This document shows positions 11,667 through 24,896 of a stretch of DNA of 64,000 nt, piece by piece. The translations under genes were made by a program, and so were the position numbers. This DNA comes from Octopus vulgaris (taxonomy: Eukaryota), in contig OX597829.1 in the NCBI GenBank assembly GCA_951406725.2, forward strand, positions 22,134,001 to 22,198,000, read 5' to 3'. Below the pieces are notes generated by a model. The model ran no database searches. It was not told the DNA's origin and was given only the letters and a program-made list of their open reading frames with translations. Position 1 is the stretch's first letter. Every line of letters begins with the position of its first letter.

Positions 11667-12774
11667 TTATAACGATAGTTTGATTGTGTATGTCATGTAT
11701 CTTGGTCCATAATATCTTATTTAATACTAAATTCTAAAAAAATTACTGTTAGAATCCTCGCATCCATATTCTATAAAAGTATTTCTGGAATTATTCTTTA
11801 AATTGAAACATTTACCTAACCATTACATTAGATACATTAATTTGTTTTTTTAAATTTTTTTTTCATCTTTTTCAATATCCACCAAGAGTCATCTGGAAAT
11901 ATTTCCACCTACGCTAGATAGTGTCGCCATTGCAATAGTTTCACCGAGGTTCACCAAATTGTTACAATTATACTTTAACGAAAATAATGTGTTGAAATTT
12001 TAACAGGACAATTTTTTTTATTATAAATCTGAATCTGAATGTTTTCTAATTAGTTGCTTGGTTTTACTTGCAGCAAAAATAGCAAGCAGTAAGTTTTACT
12101 CTTTCTCTCTTTCTCTCTCCTCTACTAACCTAGTATGTCATTCTAGCAGATGCTATCAGTTAAGCGTGTTATCTTTAATAAAGTGTATATTATCTCATTG
12201 CTTGATTCTATTCCACTTTCGTCATGTCGTTTTCGTTACAAAAAAAAAAAAAAAACATTGTGTGATACCCCCTCTAACTCAGCATATCCACTTTGGGATC
12301 AGTTTTCTTTGTTGAACTTTTGTAGTGCACTTTGTTCTCAAGATTATTTAATAAATTATTAGAATAATTGTTCATTGATAATTGATTTTTTTTTTTTTCA
12401 ACCACCCTTCCTCCATTTTTGAAAGGCTTGAAGAATGAGCAAATTGTGATTTTTAGAAAGAAGTACAATAAAATAAAAATCATAATTAGCACAATTATGT
12501 ATTTGATTGTAATTTCTTTCAAGGCATTTAGCTATTCTCTCTCAATTTCTTGAATGAATAAAGCTTTGATTTTTGAAAATGACAACTAAATAATAAACCA
12601 CTCTTTAGCCACGATAACATTTTCCTTTTGTTCAAAGCATACTAATAACTTTTATCTCTTTGGACATTTTAATTTCATTGTTTGCTTATGGGAACCGTGT
12701 AAATAGGATTACAATTCGAATTATATTCAACAACATTTTGTTGTTCTGGTTTTTGTAACTTTTTTTTTTTTGTG

Positions 12775-12982
12775 TTAACCATTTAGCATTCAAATTGGCC
12801 ACATCTGGCCCAAATATTCTACATGTTTTGGGTTCAAACTGTCAAGATCCAGTCTCTTACACCTATACTACAATGTCATTTTAAAAAGTATACAATTGTA
12901 TCAAAATCCCAAATCTATGAGAAAACAATGTAAAAAGATAAGCATTACATTTGATTGAATATTCTGAATGCTAAAGGATTAA
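12775..12982. mobile_element. piggyBac-type MITE family 1
   Basis: TTAA flanks; TIR CCATTTAGCATTCA...TGAATGCTAAAGGA. Confidence 0.85.
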
Positions 12983-13894
12983 TGTACAATACATTATTCC
13001 ACAACTTGATCCTGTTATGTGAAAGCACATGGCAGCCGGATATCATTTGTTTTAAGGCTAGCTGACTGTTTGAAATTTTACAATGGTTAGGATTTGATCT
13101 TATGATCTTTACTTACACTCAAACAACTTAACCACTTGACCACCAAACACTGTAATAACTGGAAAGTTTATTTTGTCTTTTGGCATAATGTTTATGTGGC
13201 ATTGTTGTTTTCTCTCTATGTCTTAAATATATACCAGTGCAATAAAGTTTATTAGTTAATTAGTGATAAAGAAGGCCAGTATATTAAATTAGATTAAAAG
13301 TAAGCTAGAATATAAAATTCATAGACCTCTGTTACTATGCAACTGTATGAATTCAAGTATTTATTTCTCTTTATCTTCTTAGTTTCTGCCAGACAGGAGA
13401 AGTCTTTTCAGATTGTAACTGACACTTCTATTTATTCTCCAACTTGGTCTCTAAACCCTGTAAGGTAGCTTTACTTTTTGTACTCGTTATAATTATTGAT
13501 CAGCAAGTCTACTTAGCTCTAATGAATTTCACTTATGTGATGCTGTTTATGGACTCTTCCTCCCTGTCTCATAAATTATCACAATGATAAAATAACACTT
13601 AATGTAATATTAAAAAGAAGCTCTTTGTTGTTGGCAACAATGTACATGACTACGCAAATTACCACCAATGATAGGTTTTATGTAGCTGCTCAATCTGCTA
13701 GAAATAGGTGCTGAAATCTCTCACTAAAACCTGTCATCTTAAGAAAAAGACATGTTACGTCTAAAAAATAAAAAAAAAAAGGATGGTCACATAGCTGGAA
13801 GACCTTTGCATCAAGAATTAACCAAGAATTAAACACCACCTAACGATGTTAGATTTGAAATTGACAAACTTTTCTAGTTGCTCTGTTATGTCGT

Positions 13895-14493
13895 TAGTTA
13901 GTTAGTTAGTTAATTTGGCTCAAAAGCAAATAGCAAGGCCATGTAGGGGGACATGGAGTTAAGTACAGGGTGGTGTTCATGTAAAGAGTTCAGGCCACTT
14001 GAGGTCCAGGGAGGCTTTGAACAAAGCGGTCGTCGGCATCTTCACCATCTCGTCTGGCAGCTTGTTCCACGGATCCGCAACCCGGACGGAGAAAGCTCCT
14101 CTCCTTCGATTGAGATGAAATCGTTGCAGGTAGAGCTTTTCGGAATGACTCCGCAGCCGACGCTCCGGAGCAGGAGTGAAGAACAGCTCTTTCGAGAGGT
14201 TACACTTCCCGCTTATGATGTTGTGGGTGAGAATGAGATCACCACGGCGGCGGCATTTTTCAAGAGAACAAAGGTCGAGCGTCCTCAGCCTTTCTTCGTA
14301 GGACAAATTTTTGAGACCATGAACCATGCGGGTAGCCAGCCTCTGGACTCTTTCGAGGTGCTGTATGTCTTTGAGGAGATAAGGAGAAGAGGCTTGAATC
14401 CCATACTCCAATATGGGTCTCACTAGCGTGACATAGAGTGGCAGGAATATGGCTGCTGTGAGCATTCCGAATGACCGTCGAATCAAAAACAGA
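13895..14493 (-). mobile_element. Young 5'-truncated CR1-clade LINE
   Basis: Uninterrupted ORF2 C-terminus (LYVTLVRPILEY...LERVQRLATR...SYEERL...RRRGDLI...FSVRVADPWNKLP, stop at 13977), short 3' UTR, (TAAC)n tail and 7-bp TSD ATGTCGT (13888-13894, 14494-14500). Confidence 0.92.
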
Positions 14494-14524
14494 ATGTCGT
14501 ACTCAACATTACATCTTTCATTAT

Positions 14525-14916
14525 TTCTTTTACATGTTTCAGTCATTTGACTGCAGCCATGCTGGAGCACTGCCTTAAAGGGTTTTAGTTGAAGAAATCA
14601 ATCCCAGGACTTATTCTTTGTAAGCTTAGTATTTAGTCTATCGGTTTCTTTTGCTGGACTGCTAAGCTACGGGGACGTAAACGCACCAACATCAATTGTC
14701 AGGTGATGGGATGACAAACACAGACACAAAGACACTCACAATTATATATATATATTTATATATGACAGGCTTCTTTCAGTTTCCATTTCCAAATCCATTT
14801 ACGAGGCTTTAGTCAGTCCAAGGCTATTGCAGAAGACACTTGTCCAAGGTGTCACACAGTGGGACTGAACCTGGAACCATGTGGTTGGAAAGCAAGCTTC
14901 TTACCACACAGCAATG
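14525..14916 (-). mobile_element. SINE family A, near full length
   Basis: Reverse complement of the family A sequence seen elsewhere in the window. Confidence 0.85.
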
Positions 14917-15217
14917 ATTTTTTTTTTAAGGGCTCTCATACTGATCTGTTCCTGAGATTAAGTTTGTTACCTTTAGTTCTACTGCTACGATACCAAAAAG
15001 TGGGTCTTTGCTTTTGCTTGTACCACCTTTCATGCAAATACACTCCAATAATTTTCTCTTTATCTACCTTGATTATAGCTGAGACCGTTAATTCTGCTTT
15101 GCAGGCATAACAGTTAATATATGGAAATGTTATGATAGAAATATCAAAAATTAGTAGGTGAGAGATGTTAGCTGTATCAACTAATCCTGAAATTAAGATT
15201 AAGAGCTCTAATTGATC

Positions 15218-15430
15218 TTAACCCTTTTGATACCAACCAACCTAGGACCACCTCTGGTTCTATGATACAGACTTCCCTGTCTTAAAGTGATCTACATTAA
15301 AATTCCTCATTGAAATTTTATGTTGTGTTCCAAATATCACCTTAATAATGACAAGATTATTTCACTAAATTCTTCATTAATTTCAAAATTAATTGAAACA
15401 GAGGAAGAAATATGGTAACAACAGGGTTAA
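15218..15430. mobile_element. piggyBac-type MITE family 2
   Basis: TTAACCCTTTTGATACC...GGTAACAACAGGGTTAA. Confidence 0.85.
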
Positions 15431-16910
15431 TTATTTAGCAAGATATTTTTACCTTCTTTGATCGAGCTGGCTTTACTGTTTTGTATTGTTTGTAGTTTCA
15501 CATACATTCCTATTAGGATTCATCTAGAAATTTTAATCTGTTTGTCACCTTACCCAAGAGGTTTTCATAGGGTGGAGGAGCTTTTGAGGATTTAAAAGTG
15601 GCTGGACAAATTGCTATGTGTAATAAAATAGCAAGGGTTTTAAAGAGTTTTAAACTTCTTGGCTAAGAATGATGTAGACACAAACTAGATGTCTTCTCAT
15701 TAAAAAAGAGAGAGTAAGGACCAAAAAATTTCACTAATATTTTGGTGAGGTACCAATATCTGTCAGTTTAAGAACTGCTGATCTATGTAACCAATGTTAT
15801 TCATTCAAAGACTCTTGTTTTACCAGAAGATTAAATCTAGAAGTATGATGTTAGTCTCTTAGTGTATATCTCATAATTTCAAACAGTCCTTCATTGTTCT
15901 ATGTATTTAGACGAAGCAGCTAAAATCTAACTGGCTGGAATATAGATCCATTCTAAAGTTAACCATTAACTCTAACGCCGTGTCTTCAAATTGAAGTTGA
16001 AAACTTGAAATAAAGCAAGTAAATGGAAAATAATGTTTAAAATTGTTGTGAGGCTATTTCAAATATTTCTTTTCAATGAGTAATTGCTTGTTATTTTCTG
16101 TTCGTATCTTAGAACATTCCCGTCTTCATTTATTAGAAAAATGCTTCTGGGGTTTTATGATTTATTGATTGTAGACAGCTTAATTATTTGTTGATCATAT
16201 AAAGGTCAGGACATCATCAGGTGTTACTAAAAACAACTGTATAACGCTAATCAAGTAATGTTTAGTAACCTGCACTGACAACTGAAAGTCACTTTGCAAA
16301 CAAAAGATGTATACCAGATAACAGATTAACTTATTAGTACCAAACATACTCTGAGACCACAACCTCTCATTCTATGATGCCAAACTGTCTCATTTAAAGA
16401 GTTCGTATTTCAGTTGCTGTTGTGTGTTTGAATTTTAATTTGAAATTGAGGATCTGACAAAGCTCATGGGAGACAAAAATTCCTTGTACAGTATTGTGAG
16501 ATGCATCTTGCAGCTGTGGCCTCTTGAATAATATTAAAATTAGGCCTTTTATATCATGTAAGAATGGTCTACTTTGGTCTGAACACCAGCTTGGTCCAAT
16601 TAATATTAAAGTTAACTAGATTACTAAATAAATTACTCCAGCACATTGTGGAGTGTAGAGAGGCAAGTAGAGCATCTTGGTCATCCACTGTGTCTGTCTC
16701 CTTCTACAGTTATCTTGACCTGATTTTGCCACAGGATTGAAGATGGTTACTAATTTGAGAGTGAGGGTGATGGTGTACAACTCATTGCCACTTTAAATGA
16801 AATCAGTGTACAAGTCATCTGTCATCTTTAAGATGATTTTGTTGGAAACATGGTCATGAAAATATCATGTGGAGTGGATTGTATTACTTGGTAAATCTTT
16901 ACTAGTCTAT

Positions 16911-17175
16911 CATCATCGTCATCATTTAATGTCCGTTTTCCGCGTTAGCACGGGTTGGACGGTTCGACCGGGGTCTGGGAAGCCAGGGGCTGCACCAGGC
17001 TCCAGTCTGATCTGGCAGTGTTTCTACAGCTGGATGCCCTTCCTAATGCCAACCACTCCGCGAGTGTAGTGGGTGCTTTTTACGTGCCACCGGCACAGGT
17101 GCCAGGGGAGTCTGGCATCGGCCACGATCAGTTGGTGCTTTTAACGTGCCACTGGCACGGAAGCCAGCCAAGGCG
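16911..17175 (-). mobile_element. RTE-tailed SINE-like family C copy
   Basis: (CAT)n tail, CAGCTGGATGCCCTTCCTAATGCC block and GGTGCTTTTTACGTGCCAC repeats. Confidence 0.85.
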
Positions 17176-17609
17176 GAGGAAAAAATGGTTTTTCCAAAGA
17201 TTTCAGTTATCTATGTAACTTTTTAGTTTGATTTGAGGCATGTTTAAATTTAGATAAATAAATATATAGAAATATAACATTTTGTATCTTTATAATATAA
17301 CTTGCATAATTCAAAAGCGATTCATTTGTTGATGTGTAGAAACATTTTTCTTTCAAGTAAGCACAAGGTGAAAATTGCAAGGATTGGTACCATATAGCTG
17401 ATTTAACCAGTTCTTGTGTGTGTTAAAATAATATAATAGTGTTGTATCATAATAGCTAAGCTACCAAATGTTGGGAACCTAGTATGGCAGTAATTGGAAA
17501 TGACTTAAAGGAATAGTATAGCCTTGGGATATTCTTCATGGAGTATCCAAGGTCATATTATTCCATAGTGATATTGACCACATAGAGACTCCCTTGAATA
17601 AATTTTTTT

Positions 17610-17985
17610 TTTTACTTGTTTCGGTCATTAGACTCTGGCCATTCTGAGGCACCACTTTGAAGAATTTTAGTCAAATGAACCAACCCCAGTATTTATTTTT
17701 TTTAAAGTCTGGTACTTATTTTGTTGGTCTCTTTTGCCAAACTACTAAGTTATGGGGCTGTAAACACACCAACACCAGTTGTCAAGCAATGGTGAGGGAC
17801 AAACACAGACATGAAGACATAAGAAACATACACACACACACACGCAACAGGCTTCTTTCAGTTTCTATCTAACCAAATCCACTGACAAGGCTTTGGTCAG
17901 CCTGAGTCCATAGAAGAAGATACTTGTGCAAGGTGCCATGCAGTAGGACTGAACCTAGGACCTTGTGGTTGTGAAGCAAACTTAC
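17610..17985 (-). mobile_element. SINE family A, diverged
   Basis: Reverse complement of family A with an internal (CA)n tract. Confidence 0.8.
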
Positions 17986-19054
17986 TAAGACTTAGTTGTT
18001 TATTTTTATAGTTTTTAATGATATAAAATTCTAACTTCAGATTGTTTGCAAATGCTTCAAATGCAAAACATTAGGAAAATATATTTATTTGAAAAAGAAT
18101 TGTTTTAATATTTTCACTAGCTTTCGAAATATTAAGTAGTATTTTTATTTAAATTGTGTGTGTGTGTGTGTATACACATTGATACACATAGACACCCAGC
18201 TGTAGAAATCTTGCCAAAACAGACATGGAGCCCAGGCATCTATCCCTTCAGCTGGCCAATTCCAGTTAAGCCGTCCAACCAATGCCAGCATGGACAACAG
18301 ACATTAAATGACGGTGATGATAATCATGCATACATGCAAAATAAAGAAAAAAACCCCATCAAAACAGTTTCGGTCCATGTGTAGCAGTCGGTGGTAATGA
18401 AAGCATGTGTACGTGTGGGTGTGCACAGGTCATATTAATTATTGATTTTAATAAAATAATTAGTCTTGGTTTGGAGCTAATGAACAATCTACTTTAGGCT
18501 TAGCAAATAAATTGGGAAAACAGGAACACAGAATTGCAATTGCTGCCATTTGGTAATATAATCCATGTAGGCCCAGGACATACGTGAGTCATATCACAAA
18601 CATAGCACAGTTCCTATATCTAACCCATTATCTCTGTTTCATTTCTGGGGCTACATTATAGAAAATAACTTTTATTCTCATTACTACACAGTTGTGTCTG
18701 ACACTATTTTACAACTATAGTTTTTCTCCACTGCTCTGCTAATACTAATAATATACATTTATCTCACTGCATTTTGTATTTATTATCAAAGCAGTATGTT
18801 TACCATTGTGTAAGCCTGTTTCTGAATAGAACCTGTTTAGGAATAGATTTTCCTCTTCTCTTCCATTCCGCCCATGATATGTTGTTATTTTCTAAAGTTT
18901 CAATCATCAACCTTGTTATTTTATTCTCATGCGTGAAGAGAATTTCTTCTTGGAAATGGAAACTACTAATATCACACAAGCATCAATTGGCTGTTAGTTC
19001 ATTGCTGCATATTACTTCATTCTCTCTCTTTGTATGTATGTGTGTATGTGTGTG

Positions 19055-19092
<38 letters not shown>

Positions 19093-19478
19093 CCCACCCC
19101 TGATAGATTAATGGGGTGGCAGATTCTCTTTGGTCTCAGATTTCAGTAAAGATTCACACAGAGAGAATATAAATTCTGGTCCTTAAGTCTGGGGTGTAGT
19201 TTGAGAATTTTAATAATGGATACAGCAAAACCAAGCTTATATTTATACAGTAATATAATGTGGCCATTTCTTGCACACTATTTTGGGTCTTCTCCTCTTA
19301 ACTCAGAATATTTTAATTATACTTAATTAACCTACACCCACATTAAATCCTGAGGATTCATTATTATTATTTTTTTTTTTACCATAGTTATTACCACCTC
19401 GAAATGCTTAATTTGTAAGCTATTTTAAATGTCCAAGAAATATCTGCAAATAACTAGTATTATTAACATTGTTAAACA

Positions 19479-19518
<40 letters not shown>

Positions 19519-19731
19519 TTACTTCTATACATGAAACTAATTTGTAACTTTTCTATTTGAATTTAATCTTACTATTTAATTATAATTTCTGCTAAAATTA
19601 TGATTTAAAAAACGATTTACTTATGTAGCTTAGTTATTCTGATATCTTCTTTTTCTTTTTTTATTCATCAAATAGACTATGTACGATTTGAAAGAGAAGC
19701 ATTTTAACTTATAATGTAATAACATATTTAA

Positions 19732-20143
19732 GGCGCAGGAGTGGCTGTGTGGTAAGTAGCTTGTTTACCAACCACATGGTTCCGGGTTCAGGCCCACTGC
19801 GTGGCACCTTGGGCAAGTGTCTTCTACTATAGCCTCGGGCCGACCAAAGCCTTGTGAGTGGATTTGGTAGACGGAAACTGAAAGAAGCCCGTCGTATATA
19901 TGTATATATATATATATGCGTGTGTGTGTTTGTGTGTCTGTTTTTGTCCCTCTAGCATTGCTTGACAACCGATGCTGGTGTGTTTATGTCCCCGTTACTT
20001 AGCGGTTCGGCAAAAGAGACCGATAGAATAAGTACTGGGCTTACAAAAGAATAAGTCCCGGGGTCGAGTTGCTCGATTAAAGGCGGTGCTCCAGCATGGC
20101 CGCAGTGAAATGACTGAAACAAATAAAAGAGTAAAAGAGAGTA
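19732..20143 (+). mobile_element. tRNA-derived SINE family A, young full-length copy
   Basis: GGCGCAGGAGTGGCTGTGTGG start, B-box GGTTCAGGCCC, CpGs retained, (AAAAGAGT)n tail. Confidence 0.92.
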
Positions 20144-20539
20144 AGGGAACTGAGTGTGGAAGAGAAAAACATGATTGTTAGCAGCTACTTCTGGTAACTT
20201 GGCTGAATGTAAGGCAAGAATATTTGCGTATGATTTTATTTAGAATTTTAAAGAGTTTGCAATAAATGGACAGAAGAGTTCTTTGTGATGCCTTGATGAT
20301 TACTTTTGTGTGTGCAATGTTGTCATTTATCCCCCAGGACAGTCCTGATCTGATAGACATATAAATCTGGATGTTTCAGTTGTCACTCACAAGTAAGTAG
20401 CGCTAAGCAGCATGTACCAATCACTTGCTTATTGTTTTTGATATCTATGTATCGCAAGCACACACAAACACTCTCTCAGCCCTCCCACCCTTAACTCAGT
20501 ACAACATTGAACATGTACCGCCAAATGGAGGGGAGAGAG

Positions 20540-20698
20540 AGTTGTGTCAAAACTAGGTTGGTACTCGTATACATCTGAATAGACTGAAGCAACATGAAAT
20601 GAATTGCCTTGCTTAAGGACATATGCTGCCCAGTCCAGGAATTGAACCTACAACCTTATGATTGTGGGCTCAACACTCTAACCACTGAACCACACACT
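20540..20698 (-). mobile_element. tRNA-derived SINE family D
   Basis: Minus strand TGGTTCAGTGGTTAG (A box)...GGTTCAATTCC (B box)...TGTCCTTAAGCAAGGCA; related to 26186, 39841 and ~62080-62210. Confidence 0.7.
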
Positions 20699-21025
20699 TT
20701 CAGTAAAGATTAATTTGCCTTGTAAACTGTTTTGCAATGTGTGCTGTATTACATCTAGCATTGAATAGAAATTGAGTGATTCATAGTAATCAAGTACTTA
20801 CAGTGACTTAATTGCGTGTGATTTGCTGATTTGGGGATTAACAATAGGGTATAAATGGAATGAGAGAGATTTCAGTGCCTGAATAAGGGAGCAAAACAGT
20901 GGAAACTGAATTTAACAGGATGTGGTACAAAGGGACTTTGAATGATTTAATCAAGCAAACTTATGAAAGTAGATCATCAGTTGTAAATGGAAATCTTTAT
21001 GTCCATCTTAGCATGGACCTCTCAT

Positions 21026-21417
21026 TAGAACACCCAGTACTGTGTTATTAGCCTTGAGAGATCCTCTCATAGAGGTGCTTGGTGCATAGAAGTACACACA
21101 TAGATCACAGCAGACAAGGATCATCTGTCATGGGTGCCAGAACTCCCAGATCATATGATTTCATTCTACTGGAAGTCATCAGTGAGAAGCGTCCAGTCAC
21201 CACATCCCAGTCTGATCTCACTGCTATGATATATCAGCATCTTTTCAGACATTGAATTTGCAAATAGTCAGCAAGCTTATTAAAAATTAATTATTAGTAA
21301 TGGAAGGTGCCCATGACAGACAATTCTCACCTGCTGCGATCTATGTGTGCTTCTTTTGTACCAAGCACTGATATGAGAGGATCTTTCAGGGCTAATAATG
21401 CAGTATTCGGTGTGCTA
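21026..21417. repeat. Inverted-repeat element with ~110 bp arms (foldback/MITE-like)
   Basis: 21026-21138 is the imperfect reverse complement of 21306-21417 (TTATTAGCCTTGAGAGATCCTCTCATA / TATGAGAGGATCTTTCAGGGCTAATAA); ~165 nt spacer. Confidence 0.8.
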
Positions 21418-21584
21418 GCAAGATATTCATATTAATACTGCTTCTGTTGTTAATAATTAATAATTGGAAATATTTTGATTTGAAAGAGAAAAAGAGAAAA
21501 ATTTAGCATCCTCTACGTTAATAAATGTTCATTTTAAGCCATGTGACAAACTGGAAATAAATAAATAAATAAATAAAATGTTAA

Positions 21585-21726
21585 GTGCTGTTAGGAAGGG
21601 CATCCAGCTGTAGAAACTCTGCCAGATCAGATTGGAGCCTGGTGCAGCCATCTGGTTCGCCAGTCCTCGGTCAAATCGTCCAACCCATACTAGCATGGAA
21701 AGCAGACGTTAAACGATGATGATGAT
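21585..21726 (+). mobile_element. Family C 3' fragment
   Basis: AGGAAGGGCATCCAGCTGTAGAAAC...CATGGAAAGCAGACGTTAAACGATGATGAT. Confidence 0.85.
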
Positions 21727-22524
21727 TAAGAAACAAATTAGAAACAAATGTTGGAGTTAGAGGGGTAAATTACTACAACTTTTAATTGTAAAAACATATA
21801 GATTTATCCATTAATTAACAATTAAGATTTAAAAAGAGAAAAGTTTTTGTTCTCTTCTCACTTTTGGCAATTTTACCGAAATTGAATTAGTGAGTTCGGT
21901 GTTGATCTGTTACTTGAAGTAACTATCTGTAATGTTAAATCAAACTCAAGATAAAACTCTGAACTTATCTCTCTTGCCCCACAGCTGTCTTGATTTCTTA
22001 AAGGGCTCATAATTTATAGAGAGAGTGATTGCTGAAAATTAATAGCTTCTTAGAATCTGAATGTAGTTTAAAAATTATGAATCCCCAAGGTAAATTGTCA
22101 GCTTCAAGATATTGTAATATATATGTATTTCTTTCTTCCTTTCTTTTACTTGTTTCAGTCATTAGATGCAGACATGCTGGGGCAGGTATATATATTTGTG
22201 TGTGTGTGTGTGTGTGTGTGTGATCATCATCACTTAAGGTCCATTTTTCCATGTTGGCTTGAGTTGGGCAATTTGATAGGAACCAGATGTAATGTAAATT
22301 ATAAGACATAAATCAAATTGATGGTTTGTAGTTTTAACTTGTATTTCAGTATTTCAGGATTAGGGCCCCTTCTTCGGGAAACCATTGGAGAATAACTATT
22401 GACTTGAATTGTTTTGGTTTAAAAAAAAAAGTGTACCAGTCAATGCTTCATGCAGATTTTACTAACACACACACGCACTAATATGCAACACTAATCAATT
22501 CAAACTGTATGTATTTATGATCAC

Positions 22525-22710
22525 CAATCGAATTGAACCAGCCAGGATCCCTGGTCTGATGGTATGTAAAAAGCACTATCCGACTCGTGGCCGTGGCACG
22601 TAAAATACTGGAGCCTGGTGCAGCCTTCTGGCTTCCCAGAACCCCGGTCGAACCGTCCAACCCATGCTAGCATGGAGAACGGACGTTAAACGACGATGAT
22701 GATGATGATG
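22525..22710 (+). mobile_element. Family C copy, internally deleted
   Basis: Same 3' end and (GAT)n tail. Confidence 0.8.
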
Positions 22711-23721
22711 AAAAGGACTCAACAGTGACAATTTTTGGTGTGGTTATCTGAGTATGATTTAGTTTTGATAATTAGACAAGAAATAATAGTCATAGAAATG
22801 GTGACCAAGTTAGATCTAGCTGCAATAATTCAACTAACTGATATCACATCACTACTGCACTCCTGTACAATCTTGCTAAAACCTATGTGACGCTGTTTCA
22901 GTAATCTCTCATTTTGATAGATTAAGGTGTAAAGATAGAAATTTGAAACCTTTTTATTTTACCGTTATCTTGTTTGCTGAACCATTCAACTTAAACAGTG
23001 ATGTGAAACATGAACTTGTATCATAGATATTCTCCTATATTCAATACAAAACATTTCTTTTTGTTGCTTTTGGATGTGAATGTTTTTAATTTGGTTAAAG
23101 TTATTCTGATTTCATCATTATCTTACATTGAAACTTGAATTCTAGATCAGTAAAAAAAAATTTACTTAAATCTTTTTTTTTTTTTTTTAACTTACCAATT
23201 CTTGTGTCTCGTAAAATAGCAGTAACTTTAATTACCTAATGAGGAATCCTGAGAAATTCTGTTGGTTATCCTGTAACCTTCGTATACATGCGACTGTCAA
23301 AACAGAAGTTATTCAGTTATGGAGAACAGTGTGGAATGAGGCTAAAATAGTACAGATTTTTTTTTTTTTTATGTGCAGAAAAGCAAGCAATATTTTCAAG
23401 TCATTTGGTTGAGCAGACAGCTAATGTAGACATTGGTTTCTATGTGAAACCACCAATGAAATCACTGTTTTTCAGACAAAAATAGTTAGCAAAACAGTCT
23501 ATTTCCTAGCTTCTGTTGAGACTCAGTTTGTTCATCCACCTCAAATTGTCCTTGGGAACTTTTGATGAAACTAAGCTAAATCATATTTAAAATAAATGTA
23601 GTGAGATTGAAAGGAGACAAATCATGTTGACATTCCATAATATCCTGAGATGAAATGGATTCCCTAATTTTAAAGATGTATGAAAAAGTGACCAAAATAT
23701 CCCTGTAGGATCTCTCCTTGT

Positions 23722-23950
23722 TTAACCCTTTCGTTACCGTATTTATTTTGAGATGCTCTGTGTTTCTTTCAATTATTTGAAATATAACAAAGAATTTAGT
23801 AAAATAACTTCGTTATCACTAAGCTAGTGTTGGGAACATAAATTGTGACTAAGGTTTGGTGGAAGATTTTAATTAAAAACTTATGAAAACAAGACATTTG
23901 TAATACAGAGCCAGAGCCGGTTTCAGTCGGGTTGGTAATGAAAAGGTTAA
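23722..23950. mobile_element. piggyBac-type MITE family 2
   Basis: TTAACCCTTTCGTTACC...GGTAATGAAAAGGTTAA; closely similar to 46301-46529. Confidence 0.9.
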
Positions 23951-24293
23951 AAGATCTACTGTCCCGTCAATAATTTGTAAAACAGGATGTATTTTCTGCA
24001 ATGAGCTAAGACAAGGAAAGTTATGTAGAAGCAAGCAACTTGCCCATTTACAACATTCTCTAAGTAGATACTTGTCGAAATACAAACCTTTGATCTCAAC
24101 AGAATATACACACTGGCAAACTGCCTGATTGGAAATGTTGGCAAATGTTTTAGAATTTGCAAAGCGTATCCTATTGAACCTGTAGCACATATTACATGGT
24201 TCTGTTATATTTACATACTACAGAAGTCATAAATATAGCAGCCCAATCTCTTTCTCAATAACTACCAGAATATTCAAGCTTGTGACATCTGTT

Positions 24294-24521
24294 TTAACCC
24301 TTTAGCATTTAAACCGGCCATACCCAGCCTAAATATTCCATTTGTTTCATGTTCAAACCAGTCAGAACCAGTCTCGCGCACCAGTCCTATAATGTCATTC
24401 AAAAAATCTGCAATTACATCATCGAAATCTTGAAGCTATAAGATAATGCATGAATTATACAAAACAATGTGAATAAATCAGCATTGCATTTGACAAAGTA
24501 ATCTGAATTCTAAAGGGTTAA
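24294..24521. mobile_element. piggyBac-type MITE family 1
   Basis: TTAACCCTTTAGCATT...AATTCTAAAGGGTTAA. Confidence 0.9.
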
Positions 24522-24685
24522 ATCATTATTTGGTATTTGATATTGCAGATTAACAATTCCTGTGATATTTTCAATACTCTATAGTTTATCATTTTATGAT
24601 CTTAATAGTACAATTCACATAATCCTTATCATGATCTGCAAGCTCTCTGTTATAAAGAGTAACTAAACACTTCAAATGCAACAGT

Positions 24686-24896
24686 TTAATCTTTTAGCAT
24701 TCAGCCTACTTTGTCCAATGTAATGCTTATTTACTCATTGTTTTCAATTTATCCTGCATTATCTTGTAGCACTGGGATTTCAATTACGTGACTAACATTG
24801 GAAGGTGGGTGTGAGAGGTTGGATCTAGCCATTTTGAACATAAAGCAGGTACAATACTTGGGCCAAATATGGCTGATTTAAATGCGAATGGGTTAA
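24686..24896. mobile_element. piggyBac-type MITE family 1, opposite orientation
   Basis: TTAATCTTTTAGCATT...AATGCGAATGGGTTAA. Confidence 0.8.

Noticed and set aside
13953-14426. 157-aa plus-strand ORF
   Set aside because: It is the antisense shadow of the CR1 ORF2 fragment.
16100-16230. CTGATGA on the minus strand
   Set aside because: No correctly placed GAAA-stem III-UH or stem I complement. Lone CTGATGA hits near 30260, 32283 and 47378 fail for the same reason.
19732-19810. tRNA gene calls for SINE heads (also 31355-31425)
   Set aside because: They have A/B boxes but imperfect cloverleaves and continue into multicopy SINE bodies.
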